A stretch of DNA of 64,000 nucleotides from a virus (lineage: Duplodnaviria; Heunggongvirae; Uroviricota; Caudoviricetes), in IMG/VR virus record IMGVR_UViG_3300031784_000011, positions 1 through 64,000 of that record; one strand, given 5' to 3'. The notes beneath the pieces were generated by a model. That model did not search any database, was not told where the DNA came from, and saw only the letters and a list, made by a program, of their open reading frames with translations. Numbering within the stretch: position 1 is the stretch's first letter; every line of letters begins with the position of its first letter. The translations under genes and the position numbers were made by a program. Of this stretch, positions 28,109 through 38,475 are shown piece after piece.

Positions 28109-29233
28109 TTATTCTTCTTCATCTTTTCGATAACTTTCCAAGAGTTCCTCCCCTGAAAGTGTACCGTATTTATTTACAATTTTTTCGGTGTCTATTTCAA
28201 CATTCATCATGTGATGAACATTATTTAATTCTTCGGCTAATGATAAACTATCACTAATCACTTTAACGATTTTATATGGGTCCGCGTGTGATGCTGGTCT
28301 CCTGTCTTCAAGATAACCCTTCCATGTCTCACCAACGGATTTTGGTACACGGATAGATGCACCTCTGTCTGAGACACCCCAACTAAATTTATCAATAGAT
28401 TGTGTCTCAAAATGACCTGTTAATCTCAAATGGTTATCAGAACCATAAGAGTCAATATGTTCTTGTGTTCTTGATTCAAAAGACCTAAAAATTGCATTGA
28501 AGTATTGTTCACCACCCTCTTCTCTCATTTTTTGATTTGAGAAATTTGTATGTAAACCTGAACCGTTCCATTCTCCGTGGGTCATCGGTTTGGGATGTAA
28601 CTCAATAGAACGACCATATTTCTCAGCAATTTTATGTAAAAAATATCTACTCATCCATAAATCATCAGAAGCGGCAATTTTACCTGTTGCAAAAATTTGG
28701 TATTCCCATTGACCTAATGCAACCTCTGAATTGGTTCCCTCCACATTGATGTCATATTTTAAACACATGTTCAAATGTTCATCAGAAATATTTCGACCAA
28801 CAATATGTCCACCTACACCACAATAATAAATTCCTTGACCGTCAATGATACCATTTCTTTCAAATCCAAGAATTGGATTATTATGTGAAGAACGAATAAA
28901 ATATTCCTGTTCAAATCCAACCCAAAAATTTACATCTTCCTCACCTACTTTTGCTCTATGATTTGATGGATGAATTTCATTATTACCATCTAAAACCTCA
29001 CATAATACATATACTGTATCAAGTGAACTATTTGTATGATATAATTTTACTGGCTTAAGATAACAATCTGAAAAGTTACCTTCCGCTTGTTTAGTTGAGC
29101 TTCCGTCAAACCCCCAATTGGGGATGTGTTTCAATTCAAATGGTGCCGGTAGGTCCACAATTTTTATTTTACTTCTGAGATTTGGCTCAGGGGAATACCC
29201 ATCAAGCCATACGTATTCTACTTTTGTTTTCAT
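28109..29233 (-). CDS. glutamine synthetase, type II (eukaryote-like) family
   Basis: EYVWLDG, FDGSSTKQAEG, YYCGVG, WMSRYFLHKIAEKYG...HPKPM..GEWNGSGLHTNFS and RGASIRVP are the GSII signature blocks in the correct order. Confidence 0.8.
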   Translation of the reverse strand: MKTKVEYVWLDGYSPEPNLRSKIKIVDLPAPFELKHIPNWGFDGSSTKQAEGNFSDCYLKPVKLYHTNSSLDTVYVLCEVLDGNNEIHPSNHRAKVGEEDVNFWVGFEQEYFIRSSHNNPILGFERNGIIDGQGIYYCGVGGHIVGRNISDEHLNMCLKYDINVEGTNSEVALGQWEYQIFATGKIAASDDLWMSRYFLHKIAEKYGRSIELHPKPMTHGEWNGSGLHTNFSNQKMREEGGEQYFNAIFRSFESRTQEHIDSYGSDNHLRLTGHFETQSIDKFSWGVSDRGASIRVPKSVGETWKGYLEDRRPASHADPYKIVKVISDSLSLAEELNNVHHMMNVEIDTEKIVNKYGTLSGEELLESYRKDEEE

Positions 29234-29439
29234 TTTTTATAATATATGTTTTTCTGTATCTGAATACCGACCATAAAAATTAAGAATCTCAAAGCCAAAC
29301 CCCAGCTTGGTGAGGTTGCACCGGTTTCAAAAAACGTGTCTTTACGGTAGTAAAATATGGGAGTTGGTAAAAGAAACCAATGGTATTTCTTTCTTATTAC
29401 AAAAAAATCCGTGATGTATTTCTTTTCTTTATTTGACAT
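29230..29439 (-). CDS. small hypothetical protein
   Basis: 69-aa ORF overlapping the GS start by 4 nt. Confidence 0.3.
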   Translation of the reverse strand: MSNKEKKYITDFFVIRKKYHWFLLPTPIFYYRKDTFFETGATSPSWGLALRFLIFMVGIQIQKNIYYKK

Positions 29440-29549
29440 TTTTTTTCTTTTTTAAATAATCTAAAACTATATTGAATGAACCAAGAGAAATTATACCAAA
29501 TCCAAAATATTTTTCAATCTCGGGATTACTGGTGTTCATTCCGTATTTT

Positions 29550-29795
29550 TCAATTATGATTCCCGTCAGAATCATCAGTACGTAAATTATTGTCCTTATA
29601 TTCATATGTTTTTAAGTATTGAATTGTTTTATATAACGTGTGTGTTTCCCTCATGTTAAAAACACCGGAATAATGACCATGTTGTAAACCCATTTCAATA
29701 ATTTGAATTGCCATCTGTGGGTTTAAATTATCTAAAACCATTTCCAATTCATCATTATTGTCAAAATTTAATTGGTCGTTGAATAGTCCTTTCAT
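29550..29795 (-). CDS. hypothetical protein
   Basis: 81 aa. A TATATTTT element sits 6 nt upstream of the ATG. Confidence 0.45.
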   Translation of the reverse strand: MKGLFNDQLNFDNNDELEMVLDNLNPQMAIQIIEMGLQHGHYSGVFNMRETHTLYKTIQYLKTYEYKDNNLRTDDSDGNHN

Positions 29796-29819
29796 GATAT
29801 TAAAATATAGTAAACAAAT

Positions 29820-30215
29820 ATGATAAAGTCAAATATTTATAAAAATATGTCAGTGATTATTAATAATACAAAGTTCCCTGCGGAATACCTATCCGAACCT
29901 GAAGAAATTAGTCAAGGTATGATGGGTAGAGATAATTTAAATGGTTGTATGGTTTTTAATATGGGTGGTGTTGGTCACCATTCTTTTTGGATGAAAAACT
30001 GTTTAATACCTTTGGATATTGTTTTTGTATTGAAAAATAGAATCAGTAAAATACATAGAAATTGTGAACCCGCTGGTCAAAATGAATTGAACCCAAAAAG
30101 ATACACCGGCATAGGTGACCATGTTATTGAGTTTCCCGCCGGTGTTACTGATAAATTTAAAGAAGGTGACCGAGTTAATATGTATTTGGGAACACCTATG
30201 AATCCTGTCCGTTAA
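29820..30215 (+). CDS. DUF192-family protein
   Basis: GMMGRDNL...GMVF...FWMKNCLIPLDIVF matches the COG1430/DUF192 core. Confidence 0.55.
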   Translation: MIKSNIYKNMSVIINNTKFPAEYLSEPEEISQGMMGRDNLNGCMVFNMGGVGHHSFWMKNCLIPLDIVFVLKNRISKIHRNCEPAGQNELNPKRYTGIGDHVIEFPAGVTDKFKEGDRVNMYLGTPMNPVR

Positions 30216-30217
30216 TT

Positions 30218-31072
30218 TTATTCTTCAAACATTACCAGTTGTTTCTTTTGGTTATCATAATCAATCAATCTCTGTTGAGATATCTTTGTGTAAGATTCTG
30301 ATAACTCAAAACCAATATAATTTCTATTCAGCTTCTTAGCTGACAAAGCGGTGGTTCCACTTCCTGAAAAACAATCAACAATCAGGTCATTTTGATAGGA
30401 AAGTATTTTTATTGCTTTCATTGGGATGTCCATGGAGAATGTGGCTTTAGTTAAAGATTTTGTGTCGTTGAAGTATTTCCATTGACCAAAGACTAATTCC
30501 ATGAATTCGTTTTTGTCTTTATCTGAATAAACCCTTTTGTTTTTAAAATTACCTTCCTCGTTTTCGACCTCAATCTGATTATAAGACCATTGAGATATAC
30601 CTTTTTCTTTCTTTTTGTAATCTTTCTTATATGCAAGAATTACACATTCTTTTGGATTGTATATGTATGGTGATGATGGTGACATCCAAGAACCCCAAGC
30701 GGTTGTTTTAGAACGGTGTGGAGAATCCTCCTCTAAGTCCACAACACCAAAGAATCCAAAACCAATCTCTTTCATCATCTGCCAATATTCAGATACTAAG
30801 AAAATTCTCCCACCTCTTTCTCTAACGTTTATTTCATATGGTATATTCAAGGCAATTCTACCATCATCTTTTAATGTACGGTAAACTTCGGATAACCATT
30901 TCTTACACCACTCAAAATACTCATCCATCGGAGCATCGTCTTTGTGCACATCATAACTAATACCGACATTGTACGGTGGACTCGTAACAAAGAGGTCTAC
31001 AGTACCGTCATTTAACTCCTTAAACAGTTCTAAGCAGTCACCCTGATAAATTTTATTCATTTCCATTGACAA
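30218..31072 (-). CDS. beta-class DNA methyltransferase (N4-C or N6-A)
   Basis: LFVTSPPYNVG (motif IV) is N-terminal and DCFSGSGTT (motif I) is C-terminal, which is the beta-class order. The ORF-track start is TTG; the first ATG is 2 codons in. Confidence 0.75.
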   Translation of the reverse strand: MSMEMNKIYQGDCLELFKELNDGTVDLFVTSPPYNVGISYDVHKDDAPMDEYFEWCKKWLSEVYRTLKDDGRIALNIPYEINVRERGGRIFLVSEYWQMMKEIGFGFFGVVDLEEDSPHRSKTTAWGSWMSPSSPYIYNPKECVILAYKKDYKKKEKGISQWSYNQIEVENEEGNFKNKRVYSDKDKNEFMELVFGQWKYFNDTKSLTKATFSMDIPMKAIKILSYQNDLIVDCFSGSGTTALSAKKLNRNYIGFELSESYTKISQQRLIDYDNQKKQLVMFEE

Positions 31073-31153
31073 ATTGTTTTCTATTTATTATTATTACAAA
31101 AGATAACGAATAAAAAACAATAAACCAAAATATTTATAAAAAAACTTAAAATC

Positions 31154-31339
31154 ATGGGATGCGGATGTAAAAAAAGAAACCAACCTGTTAGTAATCAAAC
31201 GGTAAACATTCAACTAACCGAAGGTGGTTCAACACCTCCACAGGAGATTACAATTATGGAACAACAACTTGACCAAATCATAAAAAAGGTTGAGGAGATT
31301 AACAATCAAACTAACGAAGAAAACACAGAAGGACAATAA
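31154..31339 (+). CDS. small hypothetical protein
   Basis: MGCGCKKRNQ...; 61 aa; followed by a strong terminator. Confidence 0.4.
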   Translation: MGCGCKKRNQPVSNQTVNIQLTEGGSTPPQEITIMEQQLDQIIKKVEEINNQTNEENTEGQ

Positions 31340-31342
31340 ATT

Positions 31343-31379
31343 GTATCGGACAGTCTAATAAATTGTCCGATATTTTTTG
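31343..31379 (+). terminator. intrinsic terminator
   Basis: 9-bp stem tatcggaca / tgtccgata (31343-31351, 31364-31372) with an 11-nt loop, then ttttttg. Confidence 0.55.
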
Positions 31380-31415
31380 TCTTTTATAATATATATAAAT
31401 TTATATACTTATATT

Positions 31416-31616
31416 ATGCCTAAACAACAAACAAAACTAACCAGCGTTAACATCATAGATGATGTTTATAAAAGATTTAAGATAAAAAGTGTAGATGGTT
31501 CAATCAATCTACAAAAATTAGTAAACCGAGCTCTTGACCTATATAACACTAGAGAAGATTTTAGAAAACAAATTGATAATCACAACGGTCTTGCACCAAA
31601 CGGTTCCAAATTTTAA
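31416..31616 (+). CDS. ribbon-helix-helix (Arc/CopG-like) DNA-binding protein candidate
   Basis: Start taken at MPKQQ. KLTSVNIIDDVYKRFKIKSVDGSINLQKLVNRALDLY fits a beta-strand, helix, loop, helix RHH pattern. Confidence 0.4.
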   Translation: MPKQQTKLTSVNIIDDVYKRFKIKSVDGSINLQKLVNRALDLYNTREDFRKQIDNHNGLAPNGSKF

Positions 31617-31665
31617 GTTGTGAATTTTATTTCTTATATTATCATCAATATTTTAAAACAAAAAA

Positions 31666-33123
31666 ATGATTACAATAGGTTACAGTACAAGAGAGTCCAA
31701 CCCAAAATTTCAAGAATATTTAAAAAAAACTTGTGGACACCCCAAAGTTCAAGTTATTGAAAAAGTAAACAATGGTGAAAAAAGTCTTTCACAAACTTAC
31801 AATGAAATTATTCAAGAGTCGATTCATGATATTGTCGTACTTTGTCATGATGACATTTACTTTAATACGACTTCGTGGGGTAGAAAATTAGTCAAACATT
31901 TTGAAGAATCTGACTACGGGATTCTCGGTGTTGCCGGTACAACCAATATTCATGAGAGTGGTAGGTGGTGGACAGATAATACCAAAATGGTTGGTATTGT
32001 TAATCATGAAAATGAGGGTAAAAAATGGGAATCGAGATATGCAAATGGAATCCCAAATTCAATTCACGAAGTTTGTTTAGTGGATGGTTTATTCATTGGA
32101 ATCCACAAAAACAGAATAAAACACACTTTTGATGAGTCAGTACCGGGTTTTCATTTTTATGATATGGTATTCTGTACTAGCAATCACTTAAGTGAGGTAA
32201 ACATCGGTGTTATATACAACATAAGAATCACTCACAAATCAATCGGAATGACCAATGATTCTTGGGAAAAGAATAGGGAATTTTACATTGAAAAATTTAA
32301 AGAGAACCTACCAATTAATATAACACCAAAAATTGATTATGACATAACCAAACCAAAACAGTTTAAAGATAAATTTAATTTAATAGTTCAAACATCAAAC
32401 GATAATGAAAATTTAATTCAGTTTTTTGAAAACATAAAAAAATTACCAGTGTTTGATAGTTTACAGATTTCACTCATCTCGACGGATACCAATATAGACA
32501 ATATTAGAGAATTTGAATCTGAAAATATTAAAATTTACGAGGGTTTTTTTGATACATTAAATAAAAACTTATCAGTACTGAAATGGGATGAATCGTTTAT
32601 GGAATCAAAAACAGATTTGTTATTTTTCAGTAATGATACTGTTACCGTATTGAACGACGTTTTCTCAAGTATGTATTCAATATTTAAGAGTGAAAAAAAT
32701 ACTTTTGGGTGCGTCTTTCCTACAGTATTAGAAAACGACCGAACAATTTTTTCAAATGGATTGGATATAGTTCAAAACAACGAACAGTTCAATTTAATTT
32801 TTAAAAACAAATCATCTTTTTTCAATATTTTACACGGACACTTTCCAAACAATTTTGGTAGTATTAGTGACTTTTTTGCCACTACATCTACAAATTTAAA
32901 AATGATTGATTGGTTTGATATTAATTTAGAAACATCAATTTATAACTTAGATTTTGCGTTGAAAACTTTACTTAAAAAACGTAAAACATTCATTGACACA
33001 AACAGTGTGGTAATGATTGATATGGCATCAAAATTTGAAAAGGTTGATGTTGAATTAAAACAAGTCTTAGGTCAGTACATAAACTCACCTGAAATTAGAA
33101 AAAATATCAAACAATTAAGATGA
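31666..33123 (+). CDS. GT-A fold glycosyltransferase (family 2-like) with C-terminal extra domain
   Basis: CHDDIYF (DxD) and GFHFYDMVF are typical of GT2-type nucleotide-sugar transferases. Confidence 0.5.
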   Translation: MITIGYSTRESNPKFQEYLKKTCGHPKVQVIEKVNNGEKSLSQTYNEIIQESIHDIVVLCHDDIYFNTTSWGRKLVKHFEESDYGILGVAGTTNIHESGRWWTDNTKMVGIVNHENEGKKWESRYANGIPNSIHEVCLVDGLFIGIHKNRIKHTFDESVPGFHFYDMVFCTSNHLSEVNIGVIYNIRITHKSIGMTNDSWEKNREFYIEKFKENLPINITPKIDYDITKPKQFKDKFNLIVQTSNDNENLIQFFENIKKLPVFDSLQISLISTDTNIDNIREFESENIKIYEGFFDTLNKNLSVLKWDESFMESKTDLLFFSNDTVTVLNDVFSSMYSIFKSEKNTFGCVFPTVLENDRTIFSNGLDIVQNNEQFNLIFKNKSSFFNILHGHFPNNFGSISDFFATTSTNLKMIDWFDINLETSIYNLDFALKTLLKKRKTFIDTNSVVMIDMASKFEKVDVELKQVLGQYINSPEIRKNIKQLR

Positions 33124-33899
33124 TAAAAATTGTATCGGGATTTACAGAAAAAGGTGGTTCTACCACTTTTTTTATAAACTTAACAAATTTCTTAAATGAA
33201 AATGGTATTGATTGCACATTTTACGGTAATCAGAATTACCATTTAGACAAATGTAAATCAGGGAACATTGAAAAAGATTTAAAGTATGAATCTGATGATA
33301 TTGTAATTACCCATTTTTTACAACTACAGGAAAGACCACCTGTTAAAAAAGTTATTTTGTCTTGTCATGAAAAATGGTGGTTCCCTGTTGGTAAAATTAA
33401 ACAGTATTGGGACCTGTGCGTGTTTTTACATGAAGAGCATCGAAAATATCACTCGGATTACAGGGGTGATTATGTAATAATACCAAACATCAAAGAAAAT
33501 TTAATTATTTCAAATAAAGAGCTGGTAAGAAATATTGCAGGAATTATTGGTACAATTGAAGACAGAAAACAGACCCATGTGTCAATACAAAGAGCATTAA
33601 AAGACAGGTGTGAAAAAATCTATTTGTTCGGTCACATCGGTGACCAAAACTATTTTGACAAATTGGTAAAACCTTTAATGAATCCAAGAGTAATTCATTA
33701 CGGTCACACCACCAATAAACAAGAAATGTACGATATGATTGGTAAGGTATATCACTCATCAAAGGGTGAGGTTGCTTGTTTGGTTAAAGATGAATGTTAT
33801 TTAACCGGTACAGAGTTTTATGGTAATGAAGAGACTATGAATGAAGTTTCTAAATTAAGTAACGAAGAGATATTAACACTTTGGAAAAACATATTTTAA
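33120..33899 (+). CDS. GT-B (group 1-like) glycosyltransferase candidate
   Basis: N-terminal SGFTEKGGSTTF resembles the GT4 G-rich loop. Confidence 0.3.
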   Translation: MIKIVSGFTEKGGSTTFFINLTNFLNENGIDCTFYGNQNYHLDKCKSGNIEKDLKYESDDIVITHFLQLQERPPVKKVILSCHEKWWFPVGKIKQYWDLCVFLHEEHRKYHSDYRGDYVIIPNIKENLIISNKELVRNIAGIIGTIEDRKQTHVSIQRALKDRCEKIYLFGHIGDQNYFDKLVKPLMNPRVIHYGHTTNKQEMYDMIGKVYHSSKGEVACLVKDECYLTGTEFYGNEETMNEVSKLSNEEILTLWKNIF

Positions 33900-33900
33900 A

Positions 33901-34623
33901 ATGAAGATACACGCACATATACTGTCATGGAATGAAGAAAAAATATTACCATTCACATTGGATTACTATAGTACAATCTGTGAAAAAATATTCATATACG
34001 ATAATATGTCAACGGACTCCTCTGATGAGATTTATAAGAGGTACCCAAAAGTTGAGGTTATTAAATGGGATAGTGGTAATGAAATAAATGAAATTAATTA
34101 CGTAAACATTAAATCCGAAGAGTATAAAAAAAGAAGTAGAGGTCAGGGTGTTGATTGGGTTATAGTTTGTGACTGTGATGAGTTTATATACCATGAAAAT
34201 CTTATGGATAAACTTCAAGAGTACAAAGAAATGGGTATAACCGTCCCAAGAATAGACGGTCACGACATGGTTAGTACTGAATTTCCAATATACGACGGTG
34301 AATTCATTACAACAAAAATTAAAACAGGTTCACAAACGTATGAACCAATGTGTAAAAATATAATTTTTCATCCTGATTTAGATATAAAATACGGCATTGG
34401 TGGTCACAGTTTTAATTCTGTTGATGGTAAATTTTCGGATGAGCGGGAAATAAAACTTCTTCACTATAAATTCTTGGGTAAAGACTACGTGAAGAACATT
34501 TACATTTCAAGAGCAAAGAGATTGTCATCGTTCAATAAACAACATAAATTCGGTGAACATTATTTTAATTTACCATTCAATTACATGGACAGCATGTTAA
34601 AAGAAAATTATCAAGTTATATGA
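33901..34623 (+). CDS. GT-A type glycosyltransferase candidate
   Basis: ILSWNEEKILPFTLDYY...VIVCDCDEF (DxD). Confidence 0.4.
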   Translation: MKIHAHILSWNEEKILPFTLDYYSTICEKIFIYDNMSTDSSDEIYKRYPKVEVIKWDSGNEINEINYVNIKSEEYKKRSRGQGVDWVIVCDCDEFIYHENLMDKLQEYKEMGITVPRIDGHDMVSTEFPIYDGEFITTKIKTGSQTYEPMCKNIIFHPDLDIKYGIGGHSFNSVDGKFSDEREIKLLHYKFLGKDYVKNIYISRAKRLSSFNKQHKFGEHYFNLPFNYMDSMLKENYQVI

Positions 34624-35441
34624 GGAAAATACTTATATCGGATTTTACCATTAAAGAAGTACCTCACGGTGGTTCTGAATGGGTGAATCAAGTTTTAATT
34701 GATAGATTTAATCTTGAGTTTGAATATTCAAACCAAGTCAAGTCATTTGATTACAACGCCCTGTATATTATATCAAATATTTCTTTGATGAACCCAAACT
34801 TGGTTAATCAAATACAAAATTTGAACTACGTCATTATTGAAAACGATTATAAAATATGTGCAAGTAGACACCCATGGAGATATACCGACAACATAATTCC
34901 GATTGAGGAAAGAACCAACTATTCTCTTTACCGGAATGCAAAAGCGGTATTTGTTCAAACAACCGACCACATGAACGTTTATCTTAAAAACGATGTTGTT
35001 GCTAATTTTATAAATCTGAATAGTTCGATATGGTCAAATGAGGACTTAGAATTATTGAGGAATTTAAATAAATCCAACAATGTTAAAAACGACAAATATT
35101 CTGTTTACTATACAAATAATTGGATAAAGAACACCCAAGGTAGTCTGAAGTATTGTTCTGAAAATAAATTACCGGTCCATATTCTTAAAGAATCTAAAGA
35201 CAGAGTTGAATTTTTAAGTAATATGGCCAAATGTAAAGGTATTGTGTTTTTCCCGATAGCAAGAGAAACTTTTTGTAGACTGGTTGTTGAGGCAAAATGT
35301 TTAGGTTTGGAAGTAATAACGACACAAAATTATGGTGCAAGTTTAGAAGAATGGTTTAATAGGTTATCAGGTGATGAATTAATTGATTTCTTAGAAACTA
35401 ACACTTTAAAAAATTTAGAAATCATTTCAACTTATATATGA
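34620..35441 (+). CDS. GT-B (group 1) glycosyltransferase candidate
   Basis: N-terminal VPHGGSEWV and C-terminal ARETFCRLVVEAKCLGLEVITTQNYGASLEEW match the GT4 conserved loops. Confidence 0.45.
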   Translation: MRKILISDFTIKEVPHGGSEWVNQVLIDRFNLEFEYSNQVKSFDYNALYIISNISLMNPNLVNQIQNLNYVIIENDYKICASRHPWRYTDNIIPIEERTNYSLYRNAKAVFVQTTDHMNVYLKNDVVANFINLNSSIWSNEDLELLRNLNKSNNVKNDKYSVYYTNNWIKNTQGSLKYCSENKLPVHILKESKDRVEFLSNMAKCKGIVFFPIARETFCRLVVEAKCLGLEVITTQNYGASLEEWFNRLSGDELIDFLETNTLKNLEIISTYI

Positions 35442-36430
35442 TATTATTTTGTTACGGCACAAGACCTGAGTATATTAAAATAAAAAAATTAATAGAAATG
35501 TGTGGGGAAAGTATTCCCCATAAAATTTTATATGTTACCCAACACAAAGATATTGTATTGGGTGATTTTGATTATAAATTATCCATTGATGATACGTGTG
35601 AAAATAGATTGGATAGTATTATGTCATCCGTATTTTTAAATTTTAAAAAAGAATTTTTGGAAGGGGTTACACATATACTTATCCAAGGGGACACCGCAAC
35701 CGCTCTTTCATTATCCCTAATAGGATTACACCATAAAAAAGAAGTGATTCATTTAGAAGCGGGATTACGGACATATGACTACAATCACCCTTACCCCGAA
35801 GAAATGTATCGGCAGTTAATTAGTAGAATTTCAAACTATAATCTTTGCCCAACAGAAAGTAACAAGATGAACTTAGAAAATGAAAAAGTTCAGGGTAAAA
35901 ATTTTGTAGTTGGCAATACCGTATTAGATAATCTTAATAAAGAAAATATTACATACGAAAATAAAGTCTTAATCACTTTACATAGAAGAGAGAATCATGA
36001 GATGATGTCGGAGTGGTTTGATGTTATCAATCGATTAGCAAAGAATAATCCTGAATTAAAATTCATTCTTCCAATACACCCAAACCCAAACGTCATAAAA
36101 CACAAACATATATTGACACATGTTGATGTTATTGAACCATTAACCCATGATAAATTTATTGAGGAATTCAAATCCTGTAAATTACTAATTTCAGATAGTG
36201 GGGGTGTTCAAGAAGAGGCGTCGTTCCTAAATAAGAAAGTTATTGTATGTAGAGAAAAAACTGAGAGACCTGAGTCCTTGGGTAAAACGTCTTTTATATG
36301 TAAAAAACCCATTGACTTAGAAGGTATTTTTTACGATATTATTAACGATTTCCAAACAGAATATGATTGTCCTTTTGGTGATGGTAATTCTTGTGAAAGA
36401 ATCATTGAAATATTTAGAAAAATTGTATGA
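35438..36430 (+). CDS. UDP-N-acetylglucosamine 2-epimerase (non-hydrolysing, WecB-like)
   Basis: HLEAGLRTYDYNHPYPEEMYRQLISRISNYNLCPTE and DSGGVQEEA match the epimerase_2 family. Confidence 0.75.
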   Translation: MILFCYGTRPEYIKIKKLIEMCGESIPHKILYVTQHKDIVLGDFDYKLSIDDTCENRLDSIMSSVFLNFKKEFLEGVTHILIQGDTATALSLSLIGLHHKKEVIHLEAGLRTYDYNHPYPEEMYRQLISRISNYNLCPTESNKMNLENEKVQGKNFVVGNTVLDNLNKENITYENKVLITLHRRENHEMMSEWFDVINRLAKNNPELKFILPIHPNPNVIKHKHILTHVDVIEPLTHDKFIEEFKSCKLLISDSGGVQEEASFLNKKVIVCREKTERPESLGKTSFICKKPIDLEGIFYDIINDFQTEYDCPFGDGNSCERIIEIFRKIV

Positions 36431-37155
36431 GTATAACGGTAATATTAAATGGGTATAAAAGACCACATGTTCTCCAAAAACAATTGGAATCAATTAGAAA
36501 TCAAAGTGTCCAACCCGAATCAATTTTATTTTGGCAAAATTCTGGTTCTCAATTTGATGAGGGACTAACCAAAGATTTAATTCACGCATCTTGTAATAGT
36601 AATTTAGGTGTGTGGGCAAGATTTGCATTTGCTTTAAATGCCAACACAGAATATATTTGTGTTTTTGATGATGACACAATACCGGGTAAACTATGGTTAG
36701 AAAACTGTCTAAACACCATGAAAATTCAAGAAGGTTTATTAGGAACTATCGGTGTAAAATTTCACACAAAAAACTCTTATTGGCCAGCAACAAGAGTCGG
36801 TTGGGACCAACCTAACGAAGAAATTGAAAAGGTCGACATTGTTGGTCACTCGTGGTTCTTTAAAAGAGAATGGTTATCGATATTTTGGAGAGAATTACCT
36901 GAAATCAATCAGAGTAAATTAGTTGGTGAGGATATGCACTTTTCATATACATTACAGAAATACGCAAATATCGGAACTTACGTTCCTCCCCATCCTAAAG
37001 AAAATAGAGAAATGTGGGGTAGTATACCAGAATATGCATGGGAACATGGAACTGATTCCAACGCAATTTCCGTAAATCATTCAAATATGAATTTAATGGG
37101 TGAAGTTTACCGTGGGTATGTAAATAAAGGATTTAAGACAATATTAAATGATTGA
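36427..37155 (+). CDS. family-2 glycosyltransferase
   Basis: ITVILNGYKRPHVLQKQLESIRNQS and FDDDTIPG (DxD). Confidence 0.5.
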   Translation: MSITVILNGYKRPHVLQKQLESIRNQSVQPESILFWQNSGSQFDEGLTKDLIHASCNSNLGVWARFAFALNANTEYICVFDDDTIPGKLWLENCLNTMKIQEGLLGTIGVKFHTKNSYWPATRVGWDQPNEEIEKVDIVGHSWFFKREWLSIFWRELPEINQSKLVGEDMHFSYTLQKYANIGTYVPPHPKENREMWGSIPEYAWEHGTDSNAISVNHSNMNLMGEVYRGYVNKGFKTILND

Positions 37156-37867
37156 AAAGTATATTGAAGATTTTAATTCGTTTTGGGAAAAGATAGATAG
37201 TCGAACTAACTTTTCTTTTGTTAGATATGCCGATGGTGAAGTGATGTTAATGAATAATTCACCGATAGAAAAGAATACACAAGCGTATCAAAACGATAAA
37301 TGGTTTTCGAGTGGGGGACAAACCAAATTAGGTGTGGATTTAAATGAATGTATAGGGTTGAACGACCCAAATTTTTATTTTGCAATATCCTCCAAAACTG
37401 ATAGTATTAGAGACTATAATTTTTTATATGATAGAATACAAAATAAATCAAACATTACATTTGCTAACCTATGGATTAACGCAAATTACAAAGAAAATAT
37501 ATCAAGAATAAGAAATATAAATCGAGATGTTGTTTTAATTTGTAATGAAAATTGTGATTTAAAAAACATACCATTTAGTGTATCAGAATTTGTACCGTTC
37601 CCTAATGATTGTGTAAACTATTGGGAAGAACATAGAGATTCGTTTTTAGAAAAAATATACAATGTTTCTTCAAAATATAAAGATACTTTATTTATCGTAT
37701 GTTGTGGACCAACATCTGCTGTTATCATAAAACATATGTTTACAAATAATAGTAATAACACTTATATTGATTTTGGTTCCGCATTAGATGTATTCATACA
37801 TAATAAAATAACTAGACCATACATGTATGAAGGGTCACAATATCATAATCACATATCAAAATTTTAA
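37148..37867 (+). CDS. GT-D type (DUF1792-like) glycosyltransferase candidate
   Basis: FVRYADGEV, CCGPTSAVII and IDFGSALD echo the GT-D/DUF1792 motifs. Confidence 0.35.
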   Translation: MIEKYIEDFNSFWEKIDSRTNFSFVRYADGEVMLMNNSPIEKNTQAYQNDKWFSSGGQTKLGVDLNECIGLNDPNFYFAISSKTDSIRDYNFLYDRIQNKSNITFANLWINANYKENISRIRNINRDVVLICNENCDLKNIPFSVSEFVPFPNDCVNYWEEHRDSFLEKIYNVSSKYKDTLFIVCCGPTSAVIIKHMFTNNSNNTYIDFGSALDVFIHNKITRPYMYEGSQYHNHISKF

Positions 37868-37873
37868 TTCAGT

Positions 37874-38464
37874 ATGAATAATGATTTTTGTGTCATAGTA
37901 CAAGGACCTTCAGACTACGTTAAAGAATTAAAAAACGCTTGGACTGGTTATGATTTGATTTGGTCAACATGGCAAGGTGAAGAATCAAAATACGATACTA
38001 ATGATGTTGTCTTATTCAACAGTATTCCACACGATAGGGGTGTACAAAATATAGCACTACAAAAAATATCAACTTTGAATGGAATAATGAAAGCCAAAGA
38101 AATAGGTTACAACAGAGTCCTTAAATGGAGAAGTGATTTACTACCATCTAATGCAAATAGATTAGTTTCCACATTTAAAAAAGAGTGTGTAAATTTTTTG
38201 ACTTGGCATAATGAAGGAAAATATTTTGTTGATTATTTTGTGGAGGGTGAAATAGATACGGTGTTTGATATTTGGAATGTATCTACCATACACGATGAGT
38301 ATTCGGAAAAAATAATCACGGAAAATATAATATCACTTAACTATAAAAATATAAACTTTATGGGTGGCGAATTAAGTAATGATAATGAAATTTTTTGGTT
38401 AAAACGAAATATTAATTTGTCCACATATAAAGACGCACCATGTTATAGTATGGTGGTGATTTAA
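37874..38464 (+). CDS. hypothetical protein (possibly WavE-like LPS biosynthesis)
   Basis: N-terminal CVIVQGPSDY. Confidence 0.3.
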   Translation: MNNDFCVIVQGPSDYVKELKNAWTGYDLIWSTWQGEESKYDTNDVVLFNSIPHDRGVQNIALQKISTLNGIMKAKEIGYNRVLKWRSDLLPSNANRLVSTFKKECVNFLTWHNEGKYFVDYFVEGEIDTVFDIWNVSTIHDEYSEKIITENIISLNYKNINFMGGELSNDNEIFWLKRNINLSTYKDAPCYSMVVI

Positions 38465-38475
38465 AAATTATAAAA

